Of a stretch of DNA of 64,000 nucleotides, positions 12,098-26,759 are shown piece by piece. Origin of the DNA: Pocillopora damicornis (taxonomy: Eukaryota); contig NW_020847220.1 of assembly GCF_003704095.1 (NCBI RefSeq), positions 1-64,000 of the forward strand, given 5' to 3'. Numbering within the stretch: the stretch's first letter is position 1; the number at the start of each line of letters is the position of its first letter. Under the pieces are notes generated by a model, which had not been told where the DNA came from, ran no database searches, and saw only the letters and a program-made list of their open reading frames with translations. The position numbers and the translations under genes were made by a program.

Positions 12098-13477
12098 TTA
12101 AAGCAATTTGCTTAAAATACTGAACTTCTTTTTTTCGTAATAAGGCAGCACGGACAACTTTTCCACAGAGAACTTCTTCGTTTCTTCTTGACTTTTTGGA
12201 TGGTCATGATAGTGCTCAGCGAGTGTGTGTTCTTGGGAAATTCTCCTCTGTTCGTCATTAAAAATATTAATTTCCTGAAGCTCTGTATCGTCAGCTGTCA
12301 TAATTCCAAACCATGGTGAATTCTTAAAAAGTAAGAGAGAAAGTCGGCATTTAAAACTCAGAAAGATGACCATATGGAAGCTAAGCAAAATGGTTTTTCT
12401 TTTGATGGAGCAGCGACACGACTGATTAATAAATTCCGCCACAAGGAAATGAGTGAAGCGTTGAGAAATTTACATTAGTCAGGTAACCTTTAAACAGCAA
12501 CATGCCAAATAGGAAGGAAAGACTGGATAGATAAATTCAACAGGCTAAAATGAAGAAGCAATCAAGCCGGAGTGCTGGTGAGCATGCGTGTTTGTTCAAC
12601 CCCCGACTCAGGTACCGCACAGAAGGAGGAGCTGGGGACCTTGCCCCCCCTCCCCCCCAATTTGTTTTGAAAAAAAAAGGTGTCCTGCTTAGCATCCCCC
12701 CATCCCCCTGCCTTGTTGGCTGTAGCTTATGCGTTCGTCTTTAGCCTCCCACTAAAAATTCAAGTTTGTGGCCCGGACCCTGAGTCTATCGTACATTTGA
12801 ATAGGATTTACTTGGAAATGACCAGTTTTGTAACTTTCATATTACAGGTATCATTCGTCCATAGAAAACGGACTAAAGCTTAAAATAGAATAAAGATATC
12901 CTTGCAGTAAACTAAACTTGATCCGAGGGAAATTAATCCGCAGAATTCTTTCACTGGAAGTTTCTAGAGCCGCCTGTGGCCTAATTATCCCTCGCAATTG
13001 AGTTATCAGTTACTTCGCCGCTCAAAATCAATACATTAACCCGCAAACAAGTGATAAGAACAGACAGTGGGTTTACTCTCGATATAATACTAAAATCTCG
13101 TAGTTTTTATACCTGGAAATGTGTGGTTCCAAGAACAGTGTATTATTGCACAGATTTTGGAAGTTTCTTGATGGACGCTTCACAAGACTCTTGTAAGCTC
13201 TTAGTAAGAATGTGAACTTTCTCAGAAGAAGAAAAAAACGAGCTGCGTAACTTTTCAAGTTAACACTTACGTTCCCACTTTTTTCCTCATTCTCCACAGG
13301 AATCGGTTTTGAGCAACAAGCACTTGTATTAAGGCGTTTATCCATGAACAGCCTAGTACGCCTACGATGTCGCTGCTTTACCGCAAAGATGACCACAAAC
13401 ACTAAAATAGCGATCAACGCTGGTGTTTCCAAAGCGTCTTTGAGGTTGATCTCAAAGTTGAAAACGAAAGAAAACAT
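12098..13477 (-). CDS. Small single-pass membrane protein, paralog B (2 exons: 13477-13271, 12322-12098; 143 aa)
   Basis: TM ALIAILVFVVIFAV followed by basic KQRHRRR; phase-0 donor AAC|GTAAGT; acceptor ctctcttactttttaag; exon 2 NSPWFGIMTADDTELQEINIFNDEQRRISQEH...SKLL*. Coding exon 1 is 207 nt, as in paralog A. Confidence 0.72.
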
Positions 13478-13660
13478 TTTGGTTTAAATTGTAACACTTT
13501 TCTTGTATAAATGGACACTAATCTTGAACTGTTATGTTTGATTCACGCGTTCTTGTTTCAGGCCGGCCTAGATTGTCCCTTTGTCACGAATTATCACTCT
13601 GACAAAGGACAACTGCTTATCTGACCGTGTCGTTTATTTTCTCCCAAAATACGACAATGC

Positions 13661-13699
13661 GATTGGCTGATTTGAAGACACCTGAAAGATAGTTGTTTG
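13661..13699 (-). promoter_or_regulatory. Conserved CCAAT-containing upstream block of paralog B
   Basis: Matches 9265-9303. Confidence 0.6.
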
Positions 13700-16600
13700 C
13701 CAAGCGGGACAAATAATTAAGTATTAGTCGTGGAGTGCATTGTGAAAAAAACCACCTTTCTACAGGCTGGAAACGTTTTACATTTGTTAGAAAATGTGTT
13801 TATGCCAGTGTTTGGTGAAAAAAAGTCACGGTACTGGCTTAGATCTCGTTAGATTCCCTTAGTTCACGCTTAATTTTCCAGCATTATCATTAGAACTGTT
13901 TCCTACATCCCACGCATTTCACCAGCTAAGTTTAGAGCTGTCAAGCGTGATATTTTTAGCACAATATTACCGAATTTAGACCAAAATTTGACAGTTCTTG
14001 GTCAGCACTTTTTATTTTAGGCCCAATTGTTTCAGTTTAGGCGCCGATTGGTTAAAATTTGGGGAAATATGTCTTTAAAATGGCAGTTTCAGATTCGAAT
14101 GACTAAGAACGAGTTATTTTGACAAGACTTAAGAAAATTCACTTCAGGCGCAACAAGAATATCGGACAAAATGAACAGAGTATGCATTCAATTCACAGAG
14201 ACGCATTGAACAATGTATTCCAAAGGTAGAGAGAAAGCCCGGTCGTGAAAGAGAATCAACCTGAACGTGATGGGAAAAAACAATGAGATAAATGGATTCG
14301 ATTTTATAAGAACCACGCAATCGTTATTTAAATTCAAATGAAGTAAACAAGCAAATGAAACATGACACAGCCATGATGAGGACGCGTGGTCGATGCCTAT
14401 TCAAGCAAATCCGATTTACTCTCATTTCCTATTTCATTTAAAATTAAATACGCAACCATAAAATGTAGGCATATCGAGGCTTTAGGGTTTAATAAAGTGT
14501 GGTATTTGGTAAGTTGCTTCGGCGCGTTCGCTTGCAAGCATTTTAATAGGGTAGAGTTTCATCACAGAATGGAAAGTTAGTAAAAGTGATGTTGTGATAG
14601 TCAAAAAGCAATTTTACGTGAACGGCGAATGAACAGAAGTAGACAGATTATTTATAACTCGAATTACAATAGCGCAAACAATGATTAAAAAATAAAACCC
14701 AGGGATCTCACGGGAATCGAGACCGTAAATGTTACAGTTTTGTAAATCTATCGAACACTACTTTGGCTGTTTGACCTGTGACAGTTCAAAATGTTGTATT
14801 CCATAGCCTCCAAATTTTTACATTTCAGGTTTAAATATTGTTTCCACTTCAATATGCTTTGCCGTTAATCATTCGCACCTCAAAGAAAAATAAGTATAAC
14901 CCTCCTCCCTAAACATAGAAATCATTCACAACACTTAACAAACCGCGGAAGAAAGTAAAACCCAATATTATTAATTATCAAAACATTTTGGAATTTCTCA
15001 GATTGTCAGATCTATTTTTTAAATCAATGTTGTGCGTCTAGCAAAACTTCATTTGGCACAGCGGTAAAATAAATTACCAATTCAAATATCACATTGTCAT
15101 GGAATTACGTGTTCAAAGCAGACAAGAGGGTCTAACACAAATTAAACACCCTTTGCTTATGTAATAAACGCTTAGTAGCTATAGCCGTTTGGTTTTTTAT
15201 TCGTCTGATACACAAAGTTTAGATCAATCATTTTTAAAAGAGCGCTGGTTTTTATCGAAAAAAATGTACTGTGTGTTTGTTAAAGAAGGGAATTAGTCCG
15301 TGGTACTTGACCTTCATTAGGAAACTGTGAGTAGCGTGGGTAGAGAGCATGTAGTGAACCCTTAAAGGATTCTTCAGAAGTCCACTTAGTCGTCTATTTT
15401 GAGAGGAGTACCAAAGGGATGTATAAATTCAGCAATTGAGTTTATTTGGTGCAGATCAATGATGACCATAATACGATGTACACTTTCAAATTATCACTAA
15501 ATTGCTTTCATTTAGTAATAAATGTTTCTGAGAAACAAAACCTCAGGTAAAAAACTTAACACTGATAAGCACAAAACAAGTACTTGCCAGTACTCTGAAA
15601 GTGTATGCAGCACCTTTGTTGATTGCAACTGAGATAATTTTAAAAGACTGCATGTGGCTACTGATATAACATAATTTTTGTAGCGTTGAAGAGGATTAGA
15701 AAAACACTTTCAGGAGCTTAGTGACCAAAGGTTGAGTGAATAAGGAGGAAGCAATCGGTTTATGCTGGATTACCCGATGAAAATCCTCACAATGTGACAT
15801 TTTCACAGATAGACTATTTTTAGCAAGGTTTTTTTCCCTTCCGCCTTGTTCATATTAGTATCAAGCGAGGAACTGGTTGGGAAATGTTTAAACATACGGC
15901 CCTGCTGCAAAAAGATAAAATAAATTCTGTTTGCGATAATTATCATTCGCCTTTCCTTGAGGTCATTCTGACTATGAGAATTTTATTTATTTATTTCACC
16001 CCATTTCTCTCCCCCTCCCTCTTGTAACCCCCCTTCCCTCCCCTCCAACTTATCTTTAGTACTACGACTTTAATAATTCTGGTGCTTTCGAAGACAAGTG
16101 TTTGATACGGCTGCTTGTCTCGCAGTCTATTTTTTTTTGCTTTCGTCAGCATATTTACTTACCTCGGCCTACTTATAAACAAATCGCGTAACGGTGTGTT
16201 CCATCATTTTGTTCATAAGCTGTATTAACCAATCACAGAACAAAATGTAGCTTAACGCAAACGGGTTTCCTGCGCTTGGTTTGACCATGTGCATAATCAC
16301 ATATTTAAGGTCTTGGATTTAAAACCCACTTCACTACGTAAAATATATAATACTGTCAAGATTACACACATAAACACAATAAGACTGTTTATAAAACCAA
16401 TACTCGGAAAACAGTCGAGTTGTTTGTGTTGTTTGTGTGTGGTAAGAATTTCAGGGATCCTTATCAGCCAGGATTCTCATACGTTGTGTTCCAGGTTTGT
16501 TCTAAAAGAAAAAAGAAAGTTCTAAAATAAATATTTTTGTTCTTCCTACAGATTAACTTAATAACTTAACTTGTATAACTTAATGAAATTCAAGCAATTA

Positions 16601-16986
16601 ATTTAGAAACTCGGTGTACTCGTCGGGGGGGAGGTTATTAAGAAGTAAAATGCCACTCAGTATCTCGCTTCTAATAATTTAGAGTTTTTTTCTTAACAGG
16701 GAAGATTCTACTGTATTTAGTTTACTTACCAAATGAAAACTCAGAGGTGTTACGAGGATGTGCGTTCTTGTATTTCTCTAAGAGCTCATGCTTTAAGAGT
16801 CCATTGAGATCCGGGTTTTCCTGCATGATATTCGTTATTTGATAACTTCAAAATATTTCTTTTACGTTCGCTGAATTCATCTCATAGATATCACTAAAAA
16901 ACTGTTACACTTATTACTCTTGATCAGGGAAATTTTGTTTTCGGTTCAAGTTCTTGTAATGTTTTCTAAAGTTGTCCATATCATCA

Positions 16987-19900
16987 TTAAATATGCTGTA
17001 AAAAGATAAGCAGGACGTTACTCATCCGCTTGTAGGTGGAAATTGATTTATCGACCCGTGTTGCTGATGTTGCGAGTTATTCACTTTACTTACTCGTGAG
17101 CGTTAATATCAACAAAAAGATAGAATTCGCACCCAAGCAAAGCCATGTAATAATCCCTCTGTATCACAAAACGTTTCATCATCTTTACTTATAATCATCT
17201 AAAATAAATGTATGTCATTCCCGTAAAGAAAACCAAGTATTTTTCATCAAGACTACCTCGCATGCAGACCCAAATGTCTCTCGCCTGGGCGCCCCTTTTA
17301 AGGATGTGGACGAGGAAATAGACTTACAAAACAAGTTTACTTTGATTTAAATGTATTTCACAAACCTTATCCTGATCTCTATCATTTTCTTTCATATATT
17401 TGGCACTTCCCGAAGCATGTGGGGGTTTCAGCGCCCTCTGAGCCTGATTCAACGCCTTCACATCGATTCCCACCAAGGGCTTACGATTAACAGGCTCCAG
17501 GACTTGACGAGGCGGAAGCTCCATCTGAGAATTCACCGGAACCGAGGGTCGGGGTGCGGCAGATGACAGGCTCACCTTTTTACCAGTGAGCAGCTGTTTG
17601 TAGAAAGTCTAAACAACGTAATAAAGTTCTCTGTGAGTGTAACTCGAAAAAGAAAAAAGTTTTGTCGTTGGCAAAAAGGGAAAGGAGATTATAATATGAT
17701 ATGATGTGGTTTCATTTACTCTGGAAACGAGCACAAATAGTGAAAGAGCAGAGATCAATAAGGTGATTGAAATCCTCACATCTCCAGCCTAAAACAATTA
17801 GCGTCCTGTAAAGGGATAGAAAATAATGCCTTCGATTTTCTTCGTCGAAGTGTTCGATTCTTTTAGTATCTTTGCTAGTTCGTGTCTTGAATTACATGTT
17901 GACTTAATCTTACCTTACTAAGAGCCCGCACCGAGCGGGGAGAGTTGACATCAGCCTTTGCGAACTCCATCAGGACGTGGAACATTTTGTCTTCGTCCTC
18001 AATTTCCACCGGGGGATCTAATGGTAAAGACAGCGTGCCTCATTCAAATGATTTTGAACTGAGCTGCTTAGCAATAACCCTATGTGCCTTTTGGCGCCAA
18101 GCGCCAACAACTCAGCTTGACCGTGTACGAATACCTCGATAAAAGGCAGGCTGTATGCACTTCTTTGAGCAATGACCTTTTTTTTTTGCTTGCGTTCTGT
18201 AACTAACAATTTGGATACGTCTATTTTCTACGAACGATTGACTGAATTTTGCTGATGTATTCTCTTGACAAACAATTTACCTTACAGCAACGCTGACGCA
18301 CTCACCATGAGATGGAGGATTTATGTAAGGGTGAGCCAACAACTGAGGGATGGTATAGCGCTCCTTGGGATTCCGGAGAAGACAGCCCTAAAAATACAAG
18401 GAAAGGCAAGCAGTCATACAGGAGACAGCTGAGCAGGTGTTTTTTGTTTTTTTTTTCCATTCTTAAGCCCCCGCCTCGCGCGTCACTCATTCTAGCTTCA
18501 GCTCGTTGGGAAAAGTGGTCTTTCTTTTGACATCTATAGACGAGGGGAATTATTTTTCATATCATAACAAATGAGTCAACAAACCTTCATGACATCAAGC
18601 AAGTTCTTGTCTTTGATCTCCGGAAACTCGATGACGTGTGAAGGATCCATGATACATTGCAACTTGATGATATGATTAGTTATGTGTTGGAAAGGAGTCC
18701 TACCATACACCATCATGTGGAGGATACAGCCTAAAGACCAAACATCGCTTGGTCGGCCGATCTAGGGAGGGACGTGAATTCAGGTCATTATAAAAAGGTT
18801 ATGACAACGTCGAAGGTTGAAGCCGTGTACTGGATATCAGATCACGACAAGAGCTAAAGCCCTCAGTAACTAACAGTACATAATAAAAGGTAAGAGGTCC
18901 AGCTTGGATACGAGGCTTGAGAGGTCACCTATGACGTTTACAGCAAGCGGTTACCTGCAAAATTTGAACCTCTTACCGTCTGCTTTCAACTACATGCATT
19001 TGTGTGCCAAAGCGAAGGTATTTGCATCAACCGTGAATAGACATTTTAACACTTGTCCACAGCTGATTTGAGAATTAAAGCAAAAGTGAGTGATTTCTAA
19101 TTTTGTTTCTGCCGTTTGCCACGATAAACATCTTTGCCGACTCCCATAGCCACCCAAGCTTATCCGGGTTGGTTTTACAAGGGACTGGGACTAATTACTA
19201 ATTCCTCACGAATTGGGTGCTAGTCTGTTGCAGATCACCTTTCCCCCTGGCATTTTGACTGGTCTCCCTGACAGTTTTCCAGCACTCATGCTCTTGGCCC
19301 CAGTTTTTCAAAGGGTAGATAAGGATATTCACTGGATAAATCTCTAGTCAGTGGATTGCACTGTATGTTTTGTTAATACTTATCCACTGGATGGCGATTT
19401 ATCCGTGGGATGGCGTTATTCGCCCTTTGAACAACCGGGCCCTGGGTTAAGAAAAGAGGTGTATAAATACAATCTCTTGCCAAAGAACACGACAAAATGA
19501 CTCTAGCGGCTAGCCATTTGACTACGGCGTCTCCCACCAGTAACATATACGTACACGCTGCGCGCAAAAGATGCAAATTGCAGGTGCGTCATGGCTGTAA
19601 CAGGGGTCGGGGCGAGGGGACTGATATCCAGCAATCTTTACCAAACTAAGTTTGGCCAATAAAGAATTCATCATTTGCGTGAACGAAGAAGCAGGTAACA
19701 TCGGTGTACCTTTTTCTTTCGAATTCCCTTTAAGTCACCCGCAGGCGTACCAACAATTTATATCCTTACCTTCATTCTGGGTTTTGCATTTCCCGCACTG
19801 TCAAACCGAGGCGCGTGAGAGATATCTTGAAAAGCTTCTGGAGACATAAAGTTTAATGTCCCAACCTGTGTTTCAAGTTCAACACTTGTTTTATCTCCCT

Positions 19901-22900
19901 GAAAGAAACAAGTGAAGGCTAGGTTGGATATGAAAAGCACGTAGACTCAGGCTTTTTTGACTCAGGCTTTTTTGACTCGGGCATAAAACTAGGACGTCTG
20001 TCAAGAAGTCTACTTTTCGATTTCCAACAAAAAAAAAACCCCGGGAAATTGTGAGTTATCTGGTCTTTTCCATTTCCTAATTTCAGAAATTTAATAGCGA
20101 GTTCTCAACCCGGGCACGCAGAAGAGCTAGGAGCTGAGAGCTTTCATTAAACTACCACCTTTAAAAACTGACGCTTCAGGAACAGTATTATGAGTCTTTC
20201 TGAAAAGGACTGAGCTAAAACTCCATGATTTTCCACGAGCTTTTCACGGACCTTTCTGTATTTTTTACGACCTAAAAATTAGAAGTTGGTACTAAAGTAA
20301 TGTGAAAACGATCATGACACGAGGAAGCATTTCTCTTTGTTGTTCTCAAAAATGTAATATTAAGTGATTTTTCATGACTTGACAGGCTTATAAAATGATG
20401 TGGTAGACTTCATTGACTTTTTCTTTGCCATGACCCTGAGAACATAACGGAAGTTTTTAGAGAGCAGGCTTTCAAATAATCAGAGACAGGACGTGGCCGT
20501 TCAACTTACTTGAAGAGAATTGGCAATCCCGAAATCGATAAGTTTTAGGCGTCCTTCGACCAACAAGAAGTTGGCAGGCTTTAGGTCTCTGTGAATGATG
20601 CGTGCCTCGTGAATCACGTGAACAGCTTCCAGCATCTGTCGCCAAAATACCTGAAGCTCACTCTCGGTAATCTTTGTGCGATTCTTTCTCAAGAAGCCCG
20701 CCAAGTCAATACTTCCGCATTCCATCACCAAAATTAGGGAACTCCTTTCTTGGCTCAGTTCCCTTAAAGAATAAATAAAGAAAAGTAATCATTGGATACT
20801 CTGTTCTCCTAAGATTGAGTATTTTTTTGATAATCTGCATTTTGTGACTAACGCCCTTCCCTTGAGAAGCGCACAGTAAGAGTAGGGACTGATGCAGTTG
20901 TTTGGGACTAAATGACCCTAAGCGTAAAAAGAGTACATGTATTAGCAGAAGAATATCATACTCACCAGTCAAATAATTTAATTATGTTATCATTGCCCTG
21001 CAATCTTTCCAACAATTGCACCTCGTTGATATAGCTGCGAACAATGAAATCATCGGCCTCTTCTAAATTCACGTACTTTATAGCACATATTCTTTTCCCG
21101 TCGAAGGCTTGGAAGACCTGGAAGCGTATCAATGAAAAAATGACAGATTAAAAAAGTTAAATAGTTTGAACTCAGGAGTAACAGTTGATCGAGTAATGCG
21201 ATTGCCCAGATGAAAGTAAACTTGAACTTGGTGGTAGTAACTGAAGATTCAAAAACCTGAGCAGAAGTCATCATTAAGGAATTCGAAAGGTTGTCATTCG
21301 TAATTCCTAGCCTTGACTTAAAAAAAATTGTGGCAGTTGTCCACATTCTTACACTCCTACCGGTCTAAAATGCTAACATTATACACAAAAAAATCGATGA
21401 TCCATTTTAAGAACAGTGGAAAAAAGTGAATTACAAGCTTGATCCAAGTTGGAAATGAAGGCGAAAATCGGTCTCAAGGCGGCGCTTAAAGCTGCAATAA
21501 ACATGTCGGAGAAAAAAAATTATTACAAAAACCAGAAAACTTACCTTACTGGAGCCGCCTTTACCAATAGTTCCTAGTCTCTGGTACACTTTGCCTTTCA
21601 CCATGATTGTTTCCTGCGAAGACTGGACAGGGACGGCTGCTGGCCTTGAGAACTGCATTTCTTGGGGGTAGCCTGAGGCATGACTAGCACCTAAGAGCTG
21701 ACCAGGCATCGAGTGTAATGGGCCACTGTGATTAACTCGTGCAGTACTGTGTTGCGACAGAGAGCCACTTGTTACAGTGGATTGTGCAACTGAATTAGTA
21801 CTTTGGTGACGAATGGTGACTGAGCTATTAATACCTTGGTTTGACTCAGATGACAAACCTTGCAGCGTTGGTATTTGATGAAGCATGGGCTGGTGACCTG
21901 AGTTGGACACATCTCCTTGCCGCTGATTGCTGCTGTTATTCAGCATCGCTGGCTGAGGGTTTGTAGTAAATGAATGAGATCCTGCTGGCTGCTTGTTATA
22001 CGGTAGGTTTTCTAGTGCTTGCGGCGCAAAAATCCCCTGTGTTTCCACTGTGTTATTCCTGAAACAATCTTCAGATTGTTCACCCGATGTTTCTTTCTGA
22101 AATCCACAAGCAGATGGAAGGTTCTGTTCCCCACCCGTGTCTTTCTGTGAACTTGAGGACGCAGAATGAACACTGCTTCTCGCCAGATGAAATCCATGTA
22201 TCTGGTTACTGGGAGCTGCCTCAAGTTCACAATTCTGTTGAGGCACCTCCACAGTACAGTCCAGTTCAGTTATACCGTTCAACTCATCACCAGGTTCACT
22301 CAATGCTGGTAGGGGTCTCTTCACTCTCATTGGAAGACCAAAGTTTATTCCTAAACCTCCTCCACCGCGTCTTGCCTTAGGGCGGCGAACTGATAGATTC
22401 ATACATCCCGCAAGACTGTCAGTACCTAGAATGCAAGTACATGAGTGAGATTTCCCCAACAAATTTTCTATTGGTAAGCTTTCCTTTGTACAATAAATTA
22501 AAGATACAAGTATTTGAAAAATTTGCAAAGGAGGGAAAGGTTGCGGAATGGTTTAAATGACTTGACAAGGAGACATGTCGAGAGAAGCATAAAGGATTTA
22601 AGGCAAAATCTACTCCAAAAACTGAAGACCTATAGATGCTGCTTACACAGGAAATCCGAGGAAATGCAAGACATTTTTATCTGTTAATCACATGCATCTT
22701 GAAACAAGATATAAATGTAACTGATAAAATTAATACATAAGTAAATATATCAGTTTTTGTCTCACAATCATTAACTATTCATTGTGAATTCTATCAATCC
22801 CAAGATCTTGGGGTCAATTCTCCACATGGTCTTCTGTACATTTCTAATAATTGTAGTCCTGAGAATTTGGTTTTGCCTCAAATATTATGCTCTACTTGAT

Positions 22901-25636
22901 ATTTTTCTTTCTTTTCAACACCTCCTTGAGTGAAAATGTATTGATCTTGCTGGAAGAAATTCCTTTTTAGGTCAATTGTGAGAGTGAAAAAGTTAAGAAG
23001 GATTAGCTGCATGCAGTGTTGTATATCTTGTTGATTGACCTGATTTGAAGTCAGGAGTAGATTTCACAGACGGTTTCTGGGTGGACATGCTCCCATGCTG
23101 CCTGTAGGTGGATGACTGAAAAGGGATGCTGTCGGCCTCATCGCTGCTACTGCTGCTGTTACTTTTTCTGAAACTGAGAGGTTTCTTGCCACAACTCTCC
23201 AGAACACTTGGTAATTTGAATGAAATCACAGCACTGGTATTGTCAGAAACTTTTGCTGTGCCAGCATCTGTGAGCTGTGTGGAACTGCATGTTGAACTTT
23301 CATCTCCTTATAAGTTTGAGAAGAAGACAAAAAGATTAGTTTGACTACCAAACCAAACAAGATCAACTTTAGCCATATAAACACCTGGTCAATAAAACTA
23401 CTCCAATATGACATGCCCAGCTCTTGTAACATTCATAACATTGAAAGTTCCTGCGGTTGCTGATCCCAATAGTTATTTCTTGTTTGCTGTATTAAATGGT
23501 GTTTGAGATGTGAATAATTGCAAAATTAAGAAAAAAAAAATGGATGAGTAAACTAACAAGCCAGCAGCCAGTACATTTCAAGAGCTATTCCAAATGCTGG
23601 TGGCCTATTTTCAGCATGGAAGAATGACATTGTGTTACTGGTACCTGTTTTTTAGAAACCAGTTACTCAAAATCTTTTTTTTAAACCATGAACCAGGAAT
23701 CAAGAATCAGGAATCAGGTTTCTAAGCCAAGACCTACTGTGCTATGATTCCTGAAATTTAGCTTTTAAAATATGGTTTAAACCCTTACTGTTACTTGGAC
23801 CTGAGCATATTGAACAAACTTGTTTAATCTGACAACCCAACATTAGGAACAAACTTTCATGGCCTATTGGTAATTGTCAGTAGTAAATTTTTACATCAAG
23901 GCAACTAGTAGCATCAGAATCACTAAGAAAAATTGGCAGTTTGAAGGGAACTTATCATTTATCTACACTGACAATTGAGAAAACAGAGGAGCATTGCAAT
24001 CTACTAAATGAAGGTTTTGACACAAAATTTTATACTTCATATTCTCTCTAAACCTGATATAAAATTAAACATATTTCACACTACAGTGATCATTAGTAAT
24101 ATCAATATTAGGATAGAGTGATTTATTAAAACTCTGCAAACATTAAGAACCCATTCATTCCCAAAGTCTAAATTCAATACTTTATGCTGTCTATGTACAC
24201 TTGTTTCATATAAATGCCTTCAATAACACTCTTCTCTAAAAGCTACAACATAGCAATCAAACTTTACCTGTACTCAAAGGTGACATATCTACTGATGATT
24301 CACTACTCTTCTGGTTGGCTCTGTAATGTGTAAAACCTGTCAGTTCCTCAGACTCCTCAAGCAGCACCTTCCTCCCTGCTACAAAGTTATCATAAGCTTT
24401 TAAAAGCAACTCCTTAGGTTCTGCACCAGAATCTTTTCCTTTCCGTAGCAGGCTTCTGCATTTGCTTCTGTTTCCTACAAAAATTGCACAAATCATCAGG
24501 ATCAGGTCTGTCCTCTAAGAAGAATCACAGAGTTGCAGAAGGTTGTTGTTACAGATAGCCATTGTCAGCAGCTCTTTGAGGCTTTCATGAAGCAAAGTTT
24601 TTCAAGTTGCATAGAGAAAAACAAGTTAGACACCTCTGTCACCCAGGCTCAGCTAGAACACAATGGGGATTACAGTGATTGCTATGTGTGAGTATTTCTG
24701 ACTCCTTTGGGAGTTTCCTGTGTTTTCAAAGGGAAAGGGGGTGCACCATGGTGCACAGTGTGCTCTTCATATATTCTTGAGATTGAAAAAGATAACTTTG
24801 AAATTACATATGTAGTTGGATTCAAACCTGTTAAAAGCTCAAACTGTGCCCATGCAACAAAAACAATAGCAAAGTGTTTTGCATTGTTTCGTGCCAACTG
24901 GAACGAGCTTCGAGCATCATCTTCTGATATTTTCCTGTAAGTAACATAAGAACATAACTACAGTCACAACTCTAAAAATGTGTCTGCTTTAACCTTCTGT
25001 AACCCTTTCCAATCTGACATCAATATACATGTTCTCTATACTGTTCCCTGTGCATTCTTTTGGTTCTAAGATGGAGAATTTGTAAAACCATTAAGAGCTT
25101 CATTAGTTGCTGATCATTTCCTGTATTCTCATGACTTAAAACTTTATTTCAGGGGTGATATCCTGAGGAGAATTTAGAACCATGTCACTCTTAGGGATTA
25201 ATGGGTAAAACAGCTCATAACACATGTTTTTAAGATACCAGCATTTTCTTAGGGAAGTGATGCAATGTAGTTGAATTCCTAGAAAAAAACAATTGACTGT
25301 TCTTGAGGTGGTATTAGCAGCCAATTTTTTTCCTTGAAATTGGGAAATGTTCAGCTGGTTCTTTGAAGAAATAATCATGCGATCTCTTTCCAACACTTAC
25401 ATTTGCAGTTTTGCAAAATTCACAAGAATACGAGCATAGGAGATGTTTTTCTTATTTTCTTCTGCTGGGATTTGACTAACAGCTCTTTCGTAGAGGTACA
25501 ACAAGTGCCTACAGTTCTCATCTGTAAGATCTGCTGCCAGTCTTGATTGTCTTGGAGCCAAAAACTCTAGCCAGTCCTCAGGTCTGTTACCATTACTTTT
25601 TATTTTCTGAATAGCTGTGGTCTCAGCATCCATCAT
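16987..25636 (-). CDS. TTK: Dual-specificity kinase TTK/Mps1. Exons 25636-25401, 24934-24828, 24474-24268, 23306-23040, 22425-21545, 21117-20966, 20762-20510, 19898-19770, 18761-18585, 18387-18306, 18017-17914, 17608-17366; last exon uncertain (16995-16987, or read-through to 17324)
   Basis: N-terminal TPR-like region ([29 protein letters not shown]); kinase motifs [62 protein letters not shown]; all GT-AG phases are consistent. Confidence 0.93.
19296..19443. mobile_element. ~150-bp MITE inserted in a degraded SINE-like repeat (~19160-19505) in a TTK intron
   Basis: Imperfect terminal inverted repeats ggccccagtttttcaaag / ctttgaacaaccgggcc. The flanks resemble the reverse complement of the repeat at ~25990-26270. 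Confidence 0.6.
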
Positions 25637-25989
25637 TGTAAATAGCTCTTGATTTCAGTGATGAACAGGTTAACAACAGACTGCAGCCACATCAAGACAG
25701 TTGCTAACAACAAGCTGACAAAGTAAAATAATTGATGTTACTCATCATACAGCCATATAGTATAGGTAGTTCAATGTAAAATTTGTCATTAATTATTATT
25801 AATTATATCAATTCATGGCTAGGCTATGTGAGAGCAATTCATTGTGTTAAAAAAAGGTACAGGGTGCAATTTTCAAGCGATACTGCTAATTTCAAACCAT
25901 TTGATCTGTTCCTTAAATTTGGAAGAAATACTATCAAAAACTCTTAAGAAGTACATACAATGTGGGAAAAAGGTGTGAGATAAAGTGAC

Positions 25990-26270
25990 CTATTTGACTA
26001 AGTGTGCTGAACTGTGGCTGAGCAGATCTGGGATTAAGTCCTGCCTGGGTCTTTCTGTTTGTCTTCTTAGATAAAAACACTCTCTTGGTGCCTCTCTCCA
26101 CCAAGGAGTACAAATGCATACCTGCACTCTGTTGGGGAAACTTGAAAAAACAATGGGAGATAACTCTGCACTGGACTGGCACACTGCTCGGCAAGAAGCG
26201 GTGATACTTTGAGTTGCTTCATGCTACTTAAAAATTGCTATAGGTTCCTCCTGGATGAGCCTTCTAGCAA
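25990..26270 (+). mobile_element. Degraded SINE-like repeat in the TTK 5'UTR intron
   Basis: Body words (tgcctctctccaccaaggagtacaaatg, gttgcttcatgctac) typical of cnidarian tRNA-derived SINEs. Recognised from memory, not by search. Confidence 0.45.
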
Positions 26271-26759
26271 TTTGTAAACCTTTCAAGTTTTCAAATTGCA
26301 CAGAATGTAAATAATTTGATCGTAGAATTCAAAAGAATTAAGGTTTCATTCTCTCCGTCTAGGTAGTAAGCTCACATGAATTCAGAAACATACCTGCATA
26401 CATCATGCAGTTTCTCCTGGTGTACATGCACGATGTTAGCGTTTATTAATGTCCATTCGAGGAAAAGTTAGGAGGAAACCTGCCTTCCTTTTCGTTTAAT
26501 AATAGAAGTATCAACGATTGTTCGAGTTGGTCATTTGTGTATGCTGGAAATATTTCACGGAGTTCTTATCCTAACGGTGAGTCAACAAACCGATACAATA
26601 TCTTGCTCTTCCATAATTGTCAACAATTATTCGTCAACTTAACTTAATTCCTTCAATCTTTTTCGTTATTATTTGTATAAAATTTAAAACTGGACATATT
26701 TAGATATAAAAAAGCCTCTTTGATGAAATTTTTACCCATAAAACCGTATTTATTTTGAG

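Noticed and set aside
16915-16995. Third copy of the small membrane protein exon 2 (IFNDD...)
   Set aside because: Only a 4-residue match; better explained as the terminal exon or 3'UTR of TTK.
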